DNA of 64,000 bases from Escherichia coli (GCF_030013595.1 NZ_CP122768.1); one strand, 5' to 3'. Counted from the first letter of the stretch, positions 1 to 23,981 are shown. Made by a program: numbers and translations. Notes: generated by a model from the sequence alone, not told the origin.

Positions 1-779
<779 letters not shown>

Positions 780-896
780 TTATGTGGTCGGATGAGTTCT
801 AATTTAGCCGTCGCCGGAGAAAAGGGAAAAGGGGAGTGCGGGGTTTGTGATGGAATTCAAAAAGAATACGCCCATTGGAAATGCCGGATACGACGC

Positions 897-943
<47 letters not shown>

Positions 944-944
944 G

Positions 945-1044
<100 letters not shown>

Positions 1045-1059
1045 ACTTCGACCATTTCA

Positions 1060-2625
<1,566 letters not shown>

Positions 2626-2651
2626 AGATAGTGCCGTGTTTGCTCACTGGC

Positions 2652-2728
<77 letters not shown>

Positions 2729-2745
2729 AACCATTAAACGTCAGC

Positions 2746-2878
<133 letters not shown>

Positions 2879-2888
2879 CCATTGCAAA

Positions 2889-14769
<11,881 letters not shown>

Positions 14770-15051
14770 TTAACATCTGTTGTTATTTTGCACGGTTTTT
14801 GTCGGGTATGGATTTGGCGATTGCTTCACAAATGCACACTTTCAGGGCAACAACTGCCTGATTTTTGGGCAAGATAATTAACGTTTTCGTATAGTAACAG
14901 AGTGAAAGTATTTTAAATCAAGGGATTAGATTTATGCTTTAATCGCAAATTGCGATCTAAATCAAATTAATCAGTTAAAGATAACCGCAGCGGGGCCGAC
15001 ATAAACTCTGACAAGAAGTTAACAACCATATAACCTGCACAGGACGCGAAC

Positions 15052-16572
15052 ATGTCTTCTCATCCGTATGTCACCCAGCAAAATACCCCGCTGGCGGACG
15101 ATACCACTCTGATGTCCACTACCGATCTGCAAAGCTATATCACTCATGCTAATGACACTTTTGTGCAGGTGAGCGGCTATACCTTGCAAGAGTTACAAGG
15201 TCAACCGCACAACATGGTGCGTCACCCGGATATGCCAAAAGCGGCGTTTGCGGATATGTGGTTCACCCTGAAAAAAGGGGAGCCCTGGAGCGGCATCGTG
15301 AAAAATCGCCGCAAAAATGGCGACCATTATTGGGTGCGGGCCAATGCGGTACCGATGGTGCGCGAGGGAAAAATCAGTGGCTATATGTCGATTCGCACCC
15401 GGGCGACGGATGAAGAGATCGCGGCGGTGGAGCCGCTGTACAAAGCGTTGAACGCCGGACGTACCAGTAAGCGTATTCATAAAGGCCTGGTGGTGCGTAA
15501 AGGCTGGCTGGGTAAACTGCCTTCATTACCGCTTCGCTGGCGGGCGCGTGGCGTGATGACCCTGATGTTTATCTTGCTGGCGGTCATGCTTTGGTTTGTT
15601 GCTGCCCCGGTGGTGACGTATATCCTCTGTGCGTTAGTGGTATTGTTGGCAAGCGCCTGTTTTGAATGGCAGATTGTCCGCCCGATAGAAAATGTCGCCC
15701 GTCAGGCACTGAAGGTGGCGACCGGAGAGCGTAATAGTGTTGAGCATCTGAATCGCAGCGATGAGCTGGGGCTGACATTACGCGCGGTAGGGCAGCTTGG
15801 CCTGATGTGCCGTTGGCTAATTAACGATGTCTCAAGCCAGGTGTCCAGTGTCAGAAACGGCAGTGAGACGCTGGCGAAAGGCACCGATGAACTGAACGAA
15901 CATACCCAGCAGACAGTTGATAACGTTCAGCAAACGGTGGCGACCATGAACCAAATGGCGGCGTCGGTGAAACAGAACTCTGCCACGGCGTCGGCTGCCG
16001 ATAAACTTTCTATCACTGCCAGTAATGCGGCAGTGCAGGGCGGGGAGGCGATGACCACGGTGATCAAGACAATGGACGATATCGCCGACAGTACCCAGCG
16101 CATTGGCACCATTACTTCGCTGATTAACGATATTGCGTTTCAGACCAATATTCTGGCCCTGAATGCGGCGGTGGAAGCGGCACGAGCCGGCGAACAAGGC
16201 AAAGGTTTTGCAGTGGTGGCAGGGGAAGTGCGTCATTTAGCCAGCCGCAGCGCCAATGCTGCCAACGATATTCGCAAGCTGATTGATGCCAGTGCTGATA
16301 AGGTGCAATCCGGTTCGCAGCAGGTACACGCAGCCGGACGGACGATGGAAGATATTGTGGCACAGGTGAAAAACGTCACCCAGTTGATCGCCCAGATTAG
16401 CCATTCAACGCTGGAACAGGCCGATGGGCTTTCCAGCCTGACCCGTGCAGTGGATGAGCTTAACCTCATCACCCAGAAAAATGCCGAGCTGGTGGAAGAG
16501 AGTGCGCAGGTGTCGGCGATGGTGAAACACCGCGCCAGCCGACTGGAAGACGCGGTGACGGTGCTGCATTAA
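15052..16572 (+). CDS. aer: Aerotaxis receptor Aer (506 aa)
   Basis: PAS domain N-terminus, central TM hairpin, HAMP and methyl-accepting signalling domain. Confidence 0.9.
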   Translation: MSSHPYVTQQNTPLADDTTLMSTTDLQSYITHANDTFVQVSGYTLQELQGQPHNMVRHPDMPKAAFADMWFTLKKGEPWSGIVKNRRKNGDHYWVRANAVPMVREGKISGYMSIRTRATDEEIAAVEPLYKALNAGRTSKRIHKGLVVRKGWLGKLPSLPLRWRARGVMTLMFILLAVMLWFVAAPVVTYILCALVVLLASACFEWQIVRPIENVARQALKVATGERNSVEHLNRSDELGLTLRAVGQLGLMCRWLINDVSSQVSSVRNGSETLAKGTDELNEHTQQTVDNVQQTVATMNQMAASVKQNSATASAADKLSITASNAAVQGGEAMTTVIKTMDDIADSTQRIGTITSLINDIAFQTNILALNAAVEAARAGEQGKGFAVVAGEVRHLASRSANAANDIRKLIDASADKVQSGSQQVHAAGRTMEDIVAQVKNVTQLIAQISHSTLEQADGLSSLTRAVDELNLITQKNAELVEESAQVSAMVKHRASRLEDAVTVLH

Positions 16573-16611
16573 TCGATATGCCGGATCCGGTGTTTGATAC
16601 ACGATGGCTGA

Positions 16612-16645
16612 TGCGATGCTGGCGCATCTTATCAGGCCTACGGGG
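16612..16645. repeat. REP element between aer and yqjI
   Basis: gatgcgatgctggcgcatcttatcaggcctac is a classic REP palindrome. Confidence 0.55.
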
Positions 16646-16677
16646 GGGTAGGGCACGCCACATCCGGCAATCGGTGA

Positions 16678-17301
16678 TTAATCCAGTTGCGTAATATCAA
16701 AAGCGGCGCGGTCGATCACCGCAATGATCTTTTTTATTTGTGCATCAGTGATATCGCTCTGGTTGACGCGTAAATCCAGCACCGCTTTAAAATTATCCAG
16801 CGCCCGCTTCATTTGCGGGTTCTGGCGGAGTGCAGCACCAACGCAACGCGCTTTGATGCGTTCTTCGATCATCTCCACCTGTTCGCGGTTTTCTTCCAGC
16901 CACTGCGCGCCCTGTTCGGTCAACGCAATCTGCTTCTTACCACCTTCCTCTTCGCGGATGGTAATCAGCGACTGCTCCTGCAGAAAATCCAGCGTCGGGT
17001 AGATGACACCCGGGCTTGGGGTGTAATTCCCCTGGGTTAGATTCTCAATCGCTTTAATCAATTCGTAACCGTGGCTGTCATCGCGCGAGAGAATATCCAG
17101 AATCACCAGACGCAATTCACCGTGACCAAAGAAACGCTGCCGACGACCGCCGCCGCGACCGTGGCGACCACCGCAGCATTGACCGTGTTCATGCTGGTGA
17201 CCGTGTCCGCAGTGCTCATGTTCTGACTTCTCACCTTTGCAGCAGCCTTCATGGCGTGGCTGGCCTTCATGTTTACAACACCCTTCGTGATGATGGCTCA
17301 T
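16678..17301 (-). CDS. yqjI: PadR-family transcriptional repressor YqjI (207 aa)
   Basis: His/Cys-rich N-terminus (MSHHHEGCCKHEGQPRHEGCC...) followed by PadR-like winged helix; divergent from yqjH. Confidence 0.85.
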   Translation of the reverse strand: MSHHHEGCCKHEGQPRHEGCCKGEKSEHEHCGHGHQHEHGQCCGGRHGRGGGRRQRFFGHGELRLVILDILSRDDSHGYELIKAIENLTQGNYTPSPGVIYPTLDFLQEQSLITIREEEGGKKQIALTEQGAQWLEENREQVEMIEERIKARCVGAALRQNPQMKRALDNFKAVLDLRVNQSDITDAQIKKIIAVIDRAAFDITQLD

Positions 17302-17577
17302 ATCAGCCTCCTTTTGCTTAATTAGATATATCTAATTTATGTCTAATATGAGCGCTTTTGCAAGTATAAAAATGATTTTTAAACGTGAATACACCTCACA
17401 TCCAGGCCGGATAATTCGTTCACGCCGTATCCAACAGCCTTGCTACGACGCTGAATGTCTTCTCATACTTCAGATATATCAGTTCTACAAATCGCTTGCA
17501 TTTATCATGATTAACAATCATTATCATTTGCGAAATTTATTTAGATATATCTGATTACTATCACGAAGGCGATAACA
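17302..17577. promoter_or_regulatory. yqjI/yqjH divergent control region with palindromic operators and Fur-box-like element
   Basis: Palindromes ttagatatatctaa (~17322-17336) and tttagatatatctga (~17540-17554); gattaacaatcattatc (~17508-17524) resembles a Fur box. Confidence 0.45.
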
Positions 17578-18342
17578 ATGAATAACTCCCCCCGCTACCC
17601 GCAGCGCGTTCGCAATGATCTGCGCTTCCGTGAATTGACTGTGCTACGCGCTGAGCGTATTAGCGCCGGTTTTCAGCGCATTGTCCTTGGCGGCGAGGCG
17701 CTGGACGGTTTTACATCGCGCGGCTTTGACGATCACAGCAAACTCTTCTTTCCTCAATCTGATGCTCACTTTGTGCCGCCAACGGTAACGGAAGAGGGCA
17801 TCGTCTGGCCGGAAGGACCACGCCCACCGTCGCGTGACTATACGCCGCTGTATGACGAACTACGCCATGAACTGGCGATTGATTTCTTTATTCACGACGG
17901 TGGCGTCGCCAGCGGCTGGGCGATGCAGGCGCAACCGGGCGATAAACTCACGGTGGCAGGTCCGCGCGGTTCGCTGGTGGTGCCAGAGGATTACGCGTAT
18001 CAGCTGTATGTCTGCGATGAATCCGGAATGCCCGCACTGCGCCGCCGCCTGGAAACGTTGAGCAAACTTGCCGTTAAACCGCAAGTTAGCGCGCTGGTTA
18101 GCGTGCGGGATAACGCCTGTCAGGATTATCTCGCGCACCTTGATGGTTTTAATATCGAATGGCTGGCACATGATGAGCAGGCAGTAGATGCGCGTCTGGC
18201 GCAGATGCAAATCCCTGCCGATGATTACTTCATCTGGATAACCGGCGAAGGCAAAGTCGTTAAGAATTTAAGCCGCCGCTTTGAAGCGGAACAGTATGAT
18301 CCACAGCGGGTACGTGCAGCGGCTTACTGGCACGCAAAGTAA
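17578..18342 (+). CDS. yqjH: Siderophore-interacting ferric reductase YqjH/NfeF (254 aa)
   Basis: Full ORF MNNSPRYPQRVRNDLRFRELTVLRAERISAGF...; FAD-binding siderophore-interacting protein family. Confidence 0.85.
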   Translation: MNNSPRYPQRVRNDLRFRELTVLRAERISAGFQRIVLGGEALDGFTSRGFDDHSKLFFPQSDAHFVPPTVTEEGIVWPEGPRPPSRDYTPLYDELRHELAIDFFIHDGGVASGWAMQAQPGDKLTVAGPRGSLVVPEDYAYQLYVCDESGMPALRRRLETLSKLAVKPQVSALVSVRDNACQDYLAHLDGFNIEWLAHDEQAVDARLAQMQIPADDYFIWITGEGKVVKNLSRRFEAEQYDPQRVRAAAYWHAK

Positions 18343-18355
18343 CTGATATATAAAA

Positions 18356-18390
18356 AGAAAAAGGCTGACGATTTCTCGTCAGCCTTTGCT
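18356..18390 (+). terminator. Rho-independent terminator of yqjH
   Basis: aggctgacga-tttc-tcgtcagcct hairpin followed by T-rich tract immediately after the yqjH stop. Confidence 0.6.
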
Positions 18391-18825
18391 ATGTCTGGCC
18401 CTGCTGTCTCTTAATTGGTTGTGTAATTAATTGAAATTAAACAGGTAAATGCAATTTATTTTTTATCGATATGCCTTTTTGTATGCCTATTGGGAAAAAC
18501 ACGCTTTCTTCAACAGGGAATAAAAGCCGCTTTTATGGTGTTTTGAAACGGGTTTTAAAATGGCGCTCGTGGTGCTCTCGGGCACTCAATGGCGCTCTGT
18601 GATGTGGCTGGTGGTATGTGGCCGCCATGCATAATGGGGCTGATTTTGTTCATGGCCCGGCAGCGGGTGAGCATTTTTTACCATATTCAGGGTAAAAATG
18701 GGCGAAAAAGTTCATTTCTGGCATGGCCTGAAATGCCACGCAGCCCGCGCCGCGTGTGCTCTTGCCGGGGAAAACGGCGCGGAATAATGACCGCCACCCC
18801 ACCTTATGGCGGGCAGTCCCACGAA

Positions 18826-18905
18826 ATCCCGGTTATTTCCGTTTATTCCCGGATTAATCCCGCCTTCTCCCGCATTCTCCCGGCTGTTCCCGGAATTAAT
18901 CGCCG
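18826..18905. repeat. Iteron-like array of ~7 units (TCCCGG/TCCCGC, 10-11 bp period)
   Basis: aaatcccggttatttccgtttattcccggattaatcccgccttctcccgcattctcccggctgttcccggaattaat. Confidence 0.4.
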
Positions 18906-18916
18906 TGGGGTGGTGG

Positions 18917-19207
18917 TTATCTGGTGTGGTCGTAGTTCTGCCGTAGTCGTTCACCCTCAGCGCAATGACGCGGTTTTTTAACGCCGCTGGTAACGCAACG
19001 CGGGCAGGTCATGACGTGGCTGATATACGCATCACGGGCAGCCAGCCACGTCGCTGACGGGGCGCACATATCCGCCAGCGCCTGGCCGTTGCTGGTGGTG
19101 TTGTCTTCCGGCCATGTTTCGGGCTGGTGCGCTTCCGGTAAATCCGGTGCAGGTAATGCCCGGATAAACTCACACAATGCATCCGGCAGGCTGAATAACT
19201 TATGCAT
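18917..19207 (-). pseudogene. Probable remnant of a rep/helicase-like gene (96-aa ORF)
   Basis: Shares a ~40-nt segment (acatatccgccagcgYctggccgttgctg) and peptide motif SNGQ(A/T)LADM with the intact helicase gene at 20446-20490; no RBS. Confidence 0.3.
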
Positions 19208-19629
19208 AAATCTGATGTTCTGAATCGCTGAAAACGTGCGTTTTATGGCGTTTTTTCGTGATTTCTGCGTGTTCTGATGTGCTCATTTCGCTGTATCCCT
19301 TGTGTGGCGCGGGCTGCGCGTGTGTTTCGGTGTTCTTTTTTACCGCCAGAAAACGGTAATCAGGCATATAAACACGGCTGTAAGCCGCGCCGCGTCTGGC
19401 TTCGCGTGATTTTGTGCGTCAAAAAGTGCATTTTTGCCCTTAAAAAGCGTTATTCGTAATTCACTGGTAAATGCTCCGCAGGCCGCGCCATTGCTGGCCT
19501 TTTCGCTATTCTGTGTGGTTTTGCTGTTTAACCCGTTTTGCACACTAAAATTGCCTTGCATCCCGCGCCACGTAAGGGATTGCCGGGTTTTTATGTTGCG
19601 TTTTTTGCCGTGCGTAATATTGTGCAAGT

Positions 19630-19875
19630 TGGTGGGACTGGTGGGAACTGTGGGAACCGCCTAGAACCACGCGGCTTTCAGTGGTTCCCACCAGTTCCCA
19701 CGTTGGCTTTTTGTGGGAACCGTGGCGGTTATTTTTTGTTCTTTGCGGTTCCCACCAGTTCCCGCAGAGTTCCCACTCAAAAACGAACAATAATCATACT
19801 GATGGTTTTATTATTTACTGATTTATATATGTTTTATTTTTACGGTTCCCACAGTTCCCACCAGTCCCACCACTT
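19630..19875. repeat. Putative origin of replication: at least 11 GTTCCCAC/GTGGGAAC octamer iterons in both orientations flanking an AT-rich stretch
   Basis: Octamers at 19631, 19640, 19649, 19683, 19693, 19712, 19747, 19757, 19768, 19844, 19853; AT-rich tract 19776-19840; immediately downstream of the helicase gene. Confidence 0.6.
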
Positions 19876-19906
19876 TTTCAGTTTTTAAAAACGCAATTTT
19901 TGTGAA

Positions 19907-21745
19907 TTATTCATCAATTGCGAATAACAATGCATTCTGGCCGATGGCGTAAACGCGGTGTTTCTCCCCGTTAACGGAAACGCGTTTTGTGTATCGGCGT
20001 TTCCCGTCCGTGTCGCGGTCAACAATCGCGCCAGCATCGTCAAGACTGGCCGCTATGCGTTTCAGGTCGTAGCCGCTGGCCGCCTCACATAGTGCTTCCG
20101 GTAAAAACCAGTAAACCCGCTCGCCGTTGCTCCCCGGTCGCCACCATCCGGCGCGGGTGCTTACTGGTTCGCTGTATGTGCTGCCCCCTTCAAAGCGTGA
20201 AGCATGGCGGGCGATAAACCCCGCGACGGCCCGGAGTATTTTCACGTCCTCCGATTGCCCCCGCCCACGATAGTCCGCCCACGCATCAAACATCGCTTTC
20301 ACTGCCTCCAGTGCTTCGCCCTGTTTCCACGGCAGAATCCCGGCAGTTATCGCCATTTCCCCGGCCAGTGCGCACAGTGTGAAACGCGCGGCGGCGCGTG
20401 CCTCCTGTCCGGTGCTTACGGGGAATTGTTCGCGCAGTATGGCGTACATATCCGCCAGCGTCTGGCCGTTGCTGTCGGTGCTGGTGGTGTCACTTTCATT
20501 GCGGGAAATCAGCCAGCGCACAAACTCCGGCCCGGCGTGGCCGTAATGGGTAGCCGCATTACCGCGCAGTGTTTCGGCAAATTTCCGGCCTGCTCCCCGG
20601 CGTTCTGTGTCGTTGTCGGGGTTGTGGGGTAGTGCCATTCCGTGAAGACAGTCAAATGCCCCGTAAAGCCGCTGTGCCGGAATATCCAGTAACCGCATTT
20701 CCTGCCCGGCCTTGATGCGCTGGCCGCCGCTTTCCATGTGTTTACCCACGGTCATTTCCCCGGTGGAAATAATCATGGTGCGCCATGTGTTGACCGGGCG
20801 GGCCATGCCGGACACCTTGCCACGCTGACGGCCTGTTCCGTTGCCAAGCTGATAAATCAGCCCGCCAATATCTCTGGCCGGGGCTTCGCCAATTTCATCC
20901 AGTATCAGCGCGGTATCGTTCCGCATGGTTGCCAGCCCTTCAAGCCCGGTGCTGGTGGCGTTCCAGTTGCGTTTAAAGTTGCGGGGTTCTCCCCATACGC
21001 TACAGGCCACCAGCGCCCCCACGCTTTTCCCGCTGGAACTGTCGCCCATGAAATGAAATCCGCCGCTGTCCACATCAAGCAACCACAGCAACGGCCCGGC
21101 GAGCGATGCACACACGGCCAGCATGGTTACCGGGTTTCCCCGGCATAATGCGGCCACGTTGTCGCGCCAGCCCTCCGGCGTTCCTGCGGTGGCGTACTCC
21201 TGTGAGCCTGCTTCTGTTGACTGAAACACCACATCACCATCACCGATAACCCCGCCCGGCATGACAAACAGGGCCGGGGAGTGCCACCCGGTGGCCGTGG
21301 CCGCGAGCGCCCGGCGTTTTGGTGCTGACTCCATGATGTATTCAGTCAGTGCCTGCCGTTGTTTGTAGGGAATGGTAACGCCCATGCGTAGCAGTTCCTG
21401 CCGGAGTTCTCCGCCGTCTCCGGCGAGCATTTCCATCGGTGCGGCCCATTCCCGCCACTGGCCTGACGGCGTGAGAAAACGGAGTAATCGCCCGTAGTTT
21501 TCGTCTTTGCTGTCGCTGGTCATGGCGATGACCTCCAGCGGGGAACATATAAACGTGTCTGTGTTGGTTGAGTCGCGCACGCCGTGCCAGTAAAGGCCGG
21601 GTTTCAGTATCTGGCCGCCGTCCACCTGTACATGCTGCGAATAAGTGGCGTAGCCCGGACGCGCCGGGCTGACTTTGGGGTGTTTCTTGCGTGGTGGTTT
21701 TCTCTTCCCGGATGTGACCGGGGTTTTAGTGGTTGTCCGGGTCAT
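19907..21745 (-). CDS. Replicative helicase, P4-alpha-like/SF3-type (612 aa)
   Basis: Walker A (GDSSSGKS) and Walker B (ALILDEIGE) motifs; overlaps primase stop by 20 nt; followed by iteron origin. Confidence 0.75.
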   Translation of the reverse strand: MTRTTTKTPVTSGKRKPPRKKHPKVSPARPGYATYSQHVQVDGGQILKPGLYWHGVRDSTNTDTFICSPLEVIAMTSDSKDENYGRLLRFLTPSGQWREWAAPMEMLAGDGGELRQELLRMGVTIPYKQRQALTEYIMESAPKRRALAATATGWHSPALFVMPGGVIGDGDVVFQSTEAGSQEYATAGTPEGWRDNVAALCRGNPVTMLAVCASLAGPLLWLLDVDSGGFHFMGDSSSGKSVGALVACSVWGEPRNFKRNWNATSTGLEGLATMRNDTALILDEIGEAPARDIGGLIYQLGNGTGRQRGKVSGMARPVNTWRTMIISTGEMTVGKHMESGGQRIKAGQEMRLLDIPAQRLYGAFDCLHGMALPHNPDNDTERRGAGRKFAETLRGNAATHYGHAGPEFVRWLISRNESDTTSTDSNGQTLADMYAILREQFPVSTGQEARAAARFTLCALAGEMAITAGILPWKQGEALEAVKAMFDAWADYRGRGQSEDVKILRAVAGFIARHASRFEGGSTYSEPVSTRAGWWRPGSNGERVYWFLPEALCEAASGYDLKRIAASLDDAGAIVDRDTDGKRRYTKRVSVNGEKHRVYAIGQNALLFAIDE

Positions 21746-22769
21746 GCTCCATTTCCCATAGCATCAAATCGTTAAAGTCGGAAAGGTCTGGTGATGCACC
21801 GGGCGGCCATTCCGGGAATGTGACGTAACACCCGGCCAGCAATGCGGCTTCGTTGGCTGCTCTGGAACCGGGGTTATCTTTTGATGCCCGGTCATCATCC
21901 CCGGCGATAACGAGAGATATGCGCGAGCCGTATCGCTCACGCAGCGCCATAGCCACATGTTTAAGGTTTCCCGCATTCATGGCACACACCACGGCCATGA
22001 CGTTCCAGTACTGGAGAAGGGCGGCCCCGGTGGCCCACCCCTCACACACGTAAACGTCATGTTCCGGCGCTTCCGGGGCCATCAGGTCAAAGCTCCCCAT
22101 AACATGGAAAGCCCCCTGCACCTGACCATCACGGAGAAACATTTTTCGACCGTCCGGGCTGATAATCTGCACGTTCACCACTTCGCCGCATACGTTGTAC
22201 AGCGGGACAAGCAAATCATTACCTGACTGATACAGATTGCCGGGCTGTAGCCGTTTTTTCATGAGATAGGGATGAGAAGGGTTTGCCACCTCCGCCCGGC
22301 CAAGCAACTCAAAGGCCCGGCAGGCGGTCAGTTTCTGGCGCTGGTGGCGCTGTTGCTGTTCCCGCTGGCGGAGTCTGGCCGCCTCCTGTTCTGCGGCCTG
22401 TACCCGCACCCGTTGCGCCTCCCGTTGTTCGCGGGTCATTACATCAGGTTTGCCCAGCGCGGGCAGGCACAGCCCCAGCCTGTCCGCCACAATACGGGCG
22501 GCATCAGTCTGCCGCACATTCCATAAATAAGCCCCCAGCGCCACAAGGTCGCCGCCGCTGTCCCCGGTGGCGAAGTCGTGCCAGCATCCGTCCACCAGCG
22601 AGACGGAAAAACTGCCCGCGTGACGGTCTGCACGCGTGGGGTTACGACACACCCATTCAGTGGCCTGCCGTTTACCTTCGGGCAGCCATTCGGGAACAAG
22701 GATTTCTGCATGTTGTGCCGCCACTGCGGCAACGCTACGGATTGCGTTAATCGTGGCTATGTCACGCAT
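21726..22769 (-). CDS. DNA primase with zinc-binding and TOPRIM domains (about 347 aa from MRDIATIN start)
   Basis: Zn-binding region C..HAGSFSV..GCWHDFATGDSGGDLVALGA; TOPRIM motifs VYVCEGWATG and LVIAGDDD; start chosen at ATG 22769 overlapping upstream stop (ATGCGTGA); longest ORF extends to 22919. Confidence 0.7.
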   Translation of the reverse strand: MRDIATINAIRSVAAVAAQHAEILVPEWLPEGKRQATEWVCRNPTRADRHAGSFSVSLVDGCWHDFATGDSGGDLVALGAYLWNVRQTDAARIVADRLGLCLPALGKPDVMTREQREAQRVRVQAAEQEAARLRQREQQQRHQRQKLTACRAFELLGRAEVANPSHPYLMKKRLQPGNLYQSGNDLLVPLYNVCGEVVNVQIISPDGRKMFLRDGQVQGAFHVMGSFDLMAPEAPEHDVYVCEGWATGAALLQYWNVMAVVCAMNAGNLKHVAMALRERYGSRISLVIAGDDDRASKDNPGSRAANEAALLAGCYVTFPEWPPGASPDLSDFNDLMLWEMEHDPDNH

Positions 22770-23076
22770 GTTGCCCGTCCTCCCTGATTTCCCCGGTGCG
22801 GCAGCGCCAGTTATACGCCTCCACAACCTCACTGAATCCGGCCACAAGTTCAGCCGTAACAGCGATGGAATCGCCCAGGCTGCGTAGTTCATTTGGACCA
22901 AGAGCATTATTGTCGCCAATTACCGAAAGTAGCCGCCCTGTGCCAGCCAGCGCATCAAGCAGTTTGCGGGCGCAGTAATCCGCATCATCAAACATTGCGC
23001 GGGCTTCCTGTGCGTCTGCGTTTTTGATGGCCGCAACCAGTAGTTCAGGTATCCGGGTGTTATACATATCACGCAT
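22762..23076 (-). CDS. Hypothetical small protein (104 aa)
   Basis: ORF MRDMYNTRIPELLVAAIKNADAQEARAMFDD...; start overlaps upstream stop and stop overlaps primase start via identical CATGCGTGA junctions. Confidence 0.5.
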   Translation of the reverse strand: MRDMYNTRIPELLVAAIKNADAQEARAMFDDADYCARKLLDALAGTGRLLSVIGDNNALGPNELRSLGDSIAVTAELVAGFSEVVEAYNWRCRTGEIREDGQHA

Positions 23077-23365
23077 GGCTTACCTCCCCGGCCTGCTGGT
23101 CGTAACACTCCATCAGTTCGGCCATACAGCCAATGAGGGCAGGGGCTGTCTGTAGAAATCCGGCTAACTGGCAGATCTCGTCTCTGGAATAGGTGATGGG
23201 GTTTTCGCGTAACTGGCTTTCCTCCAGTGCCTTACCAACAAAGGCAATCCCCGCAAGTAAATTCACTCTGTGCCAGTCTGCATCAACGCGCAGACTCCAG
23301 CGGCTTTCTTCGTCCGGCATACTGCTCATGGCGGCTTTCATTGACTCACGCAGACAATCACGCAT
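23069..23365 (-). CDS. Hypothetical small protein (98 aa, start at internal Met MRDCLRES)
   Basis: ORF linked to neighbours by the same CATGCGTGA stop/start overlap; longest ORF extends to 23446. Confidence 0.45.
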   Translation of the reverse strand: MRDCLRESMKAAMSSMPDEESRWSLRVDADWHRVNLLAGIAFVGKALEESQLRENPITYSRDEICQLAGFLQTAPALIGCMAELMECYDQQAGEVSHA

Positions 23366-23555
23366 GACGCACCCCCTGAGCCGGAACGCGGCCAGCAAAC
23401 AGCAACACAAAATCACGCGCCAGCATACGGCGGGCGGTTGTTTCATCGGGTGCGTTGACGGATTCGCGGTGTGGGCGGTCGTTCAGGTCGGAACGGCGAA
23501 CAGCCAGAAAGTGAAAGGTAAATTCAGGGTGTAACGGGGTTGGGGTCGTAGCCAT
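23358..23555 (-). CDS. Hypothetical small protein (65 aa)
   Basis: Strong Shine-Dalgarno AAGGAGG 8 nt upstream of ATG at 23555; the longer 201-aa ORF has junk-like composition upstream of this Met. Confidence 0.5.
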   Translation of the reverse strand: MATTPTPLHPEFTFHFLAVRRSDLNDRPHRESVNAPDETTARRMLARDFVLLFAGRVPAQGVRHA

Positions 23556-23582
23556 TCTGGCAGCCTCCTTTTGCAAATTTAA

Positions 23583-23621
23583 GGAGTCACCGCCTGAGTT
23601 CCTACACTCATAAGGGGCGGT
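23583..23621. promoter_or_regulatory. Inverted repeat GTCACCGCC-N21-GGCGGTGAC upstream of the small-gene operon (candidate operator or 5' hairpin)
   Basis: Perfect 9-bp inverted repeat 26-70 nt upstream of the 23555 start codon. Confidence 0.3.
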
Positions 23622-23744
23622 GACGCTGGCAGGGGTAGGAATACCGGCGCAAAAGGAAACCGGCCAGCCTTTCGGCTGCCCCACCAGCGCCACCATAGAT
23701 ACAGTGCGGGTCTTGCCGCTGTGCATGGGTGCGCGATGGCACGA

Positions 23745-23775
23745 CACAAAAAAAGACGCTGGGCGCGTCTGTGTC
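23745..23775 (-). terminator. Rho-independent terminator downstream of alpA
   Basis: Minus-strand agacgcgcccagcgtct hairpin followed by TTTTTTT. Confidence 0.45.
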
Positions 23776-23981
23776 GCCTTTTGCTCATTAAACGGGTTCC
23801 TACGCCCGGCTGGTGGATTTACACCAGCGGGGGAAATATAACGCCCACCAGCGATGGCAGGCAAGCAATATTTGCGGTTGCCGCCCATCCCGTGGGGCGT
23901 GTGGTGGTTGTTTTGGGCGTGAGAACGCCCCGGCCCTGTTACGGGCCTTTCTGGCATTTTCATAATGATTATCGCGGTTGG

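Noticed and set aside
18589-19223. Plus-strand ORFs 18589-18981 and 19011-19223 in the decayed island region
   Set aside because: No RBS; overlap the iteron-like array; low-complexity composition.
19340-19627. 95-aa minus-strand ORF just distal to the origin
   Set aside because: No RBS or recognisable motif; a small island gene cannot be excluded but is unsupported.
19630-19875. Possible CRISPR array
   Set aside because: Repeat unit is only 8 bp, in both orientations with irregular spacing and no spacer-repeat periodicity; interpreted as replication iterons.
23358-23963. 201-aa long form of the ORF upstream of the small-gene cassette
   Set aside because: N-terminal 136 residues are Pro/Gly/Arg-rich junk spanning a terminator and inverted repeat; a strong AAGGAGG RBS precedes the internal Met at 23555.
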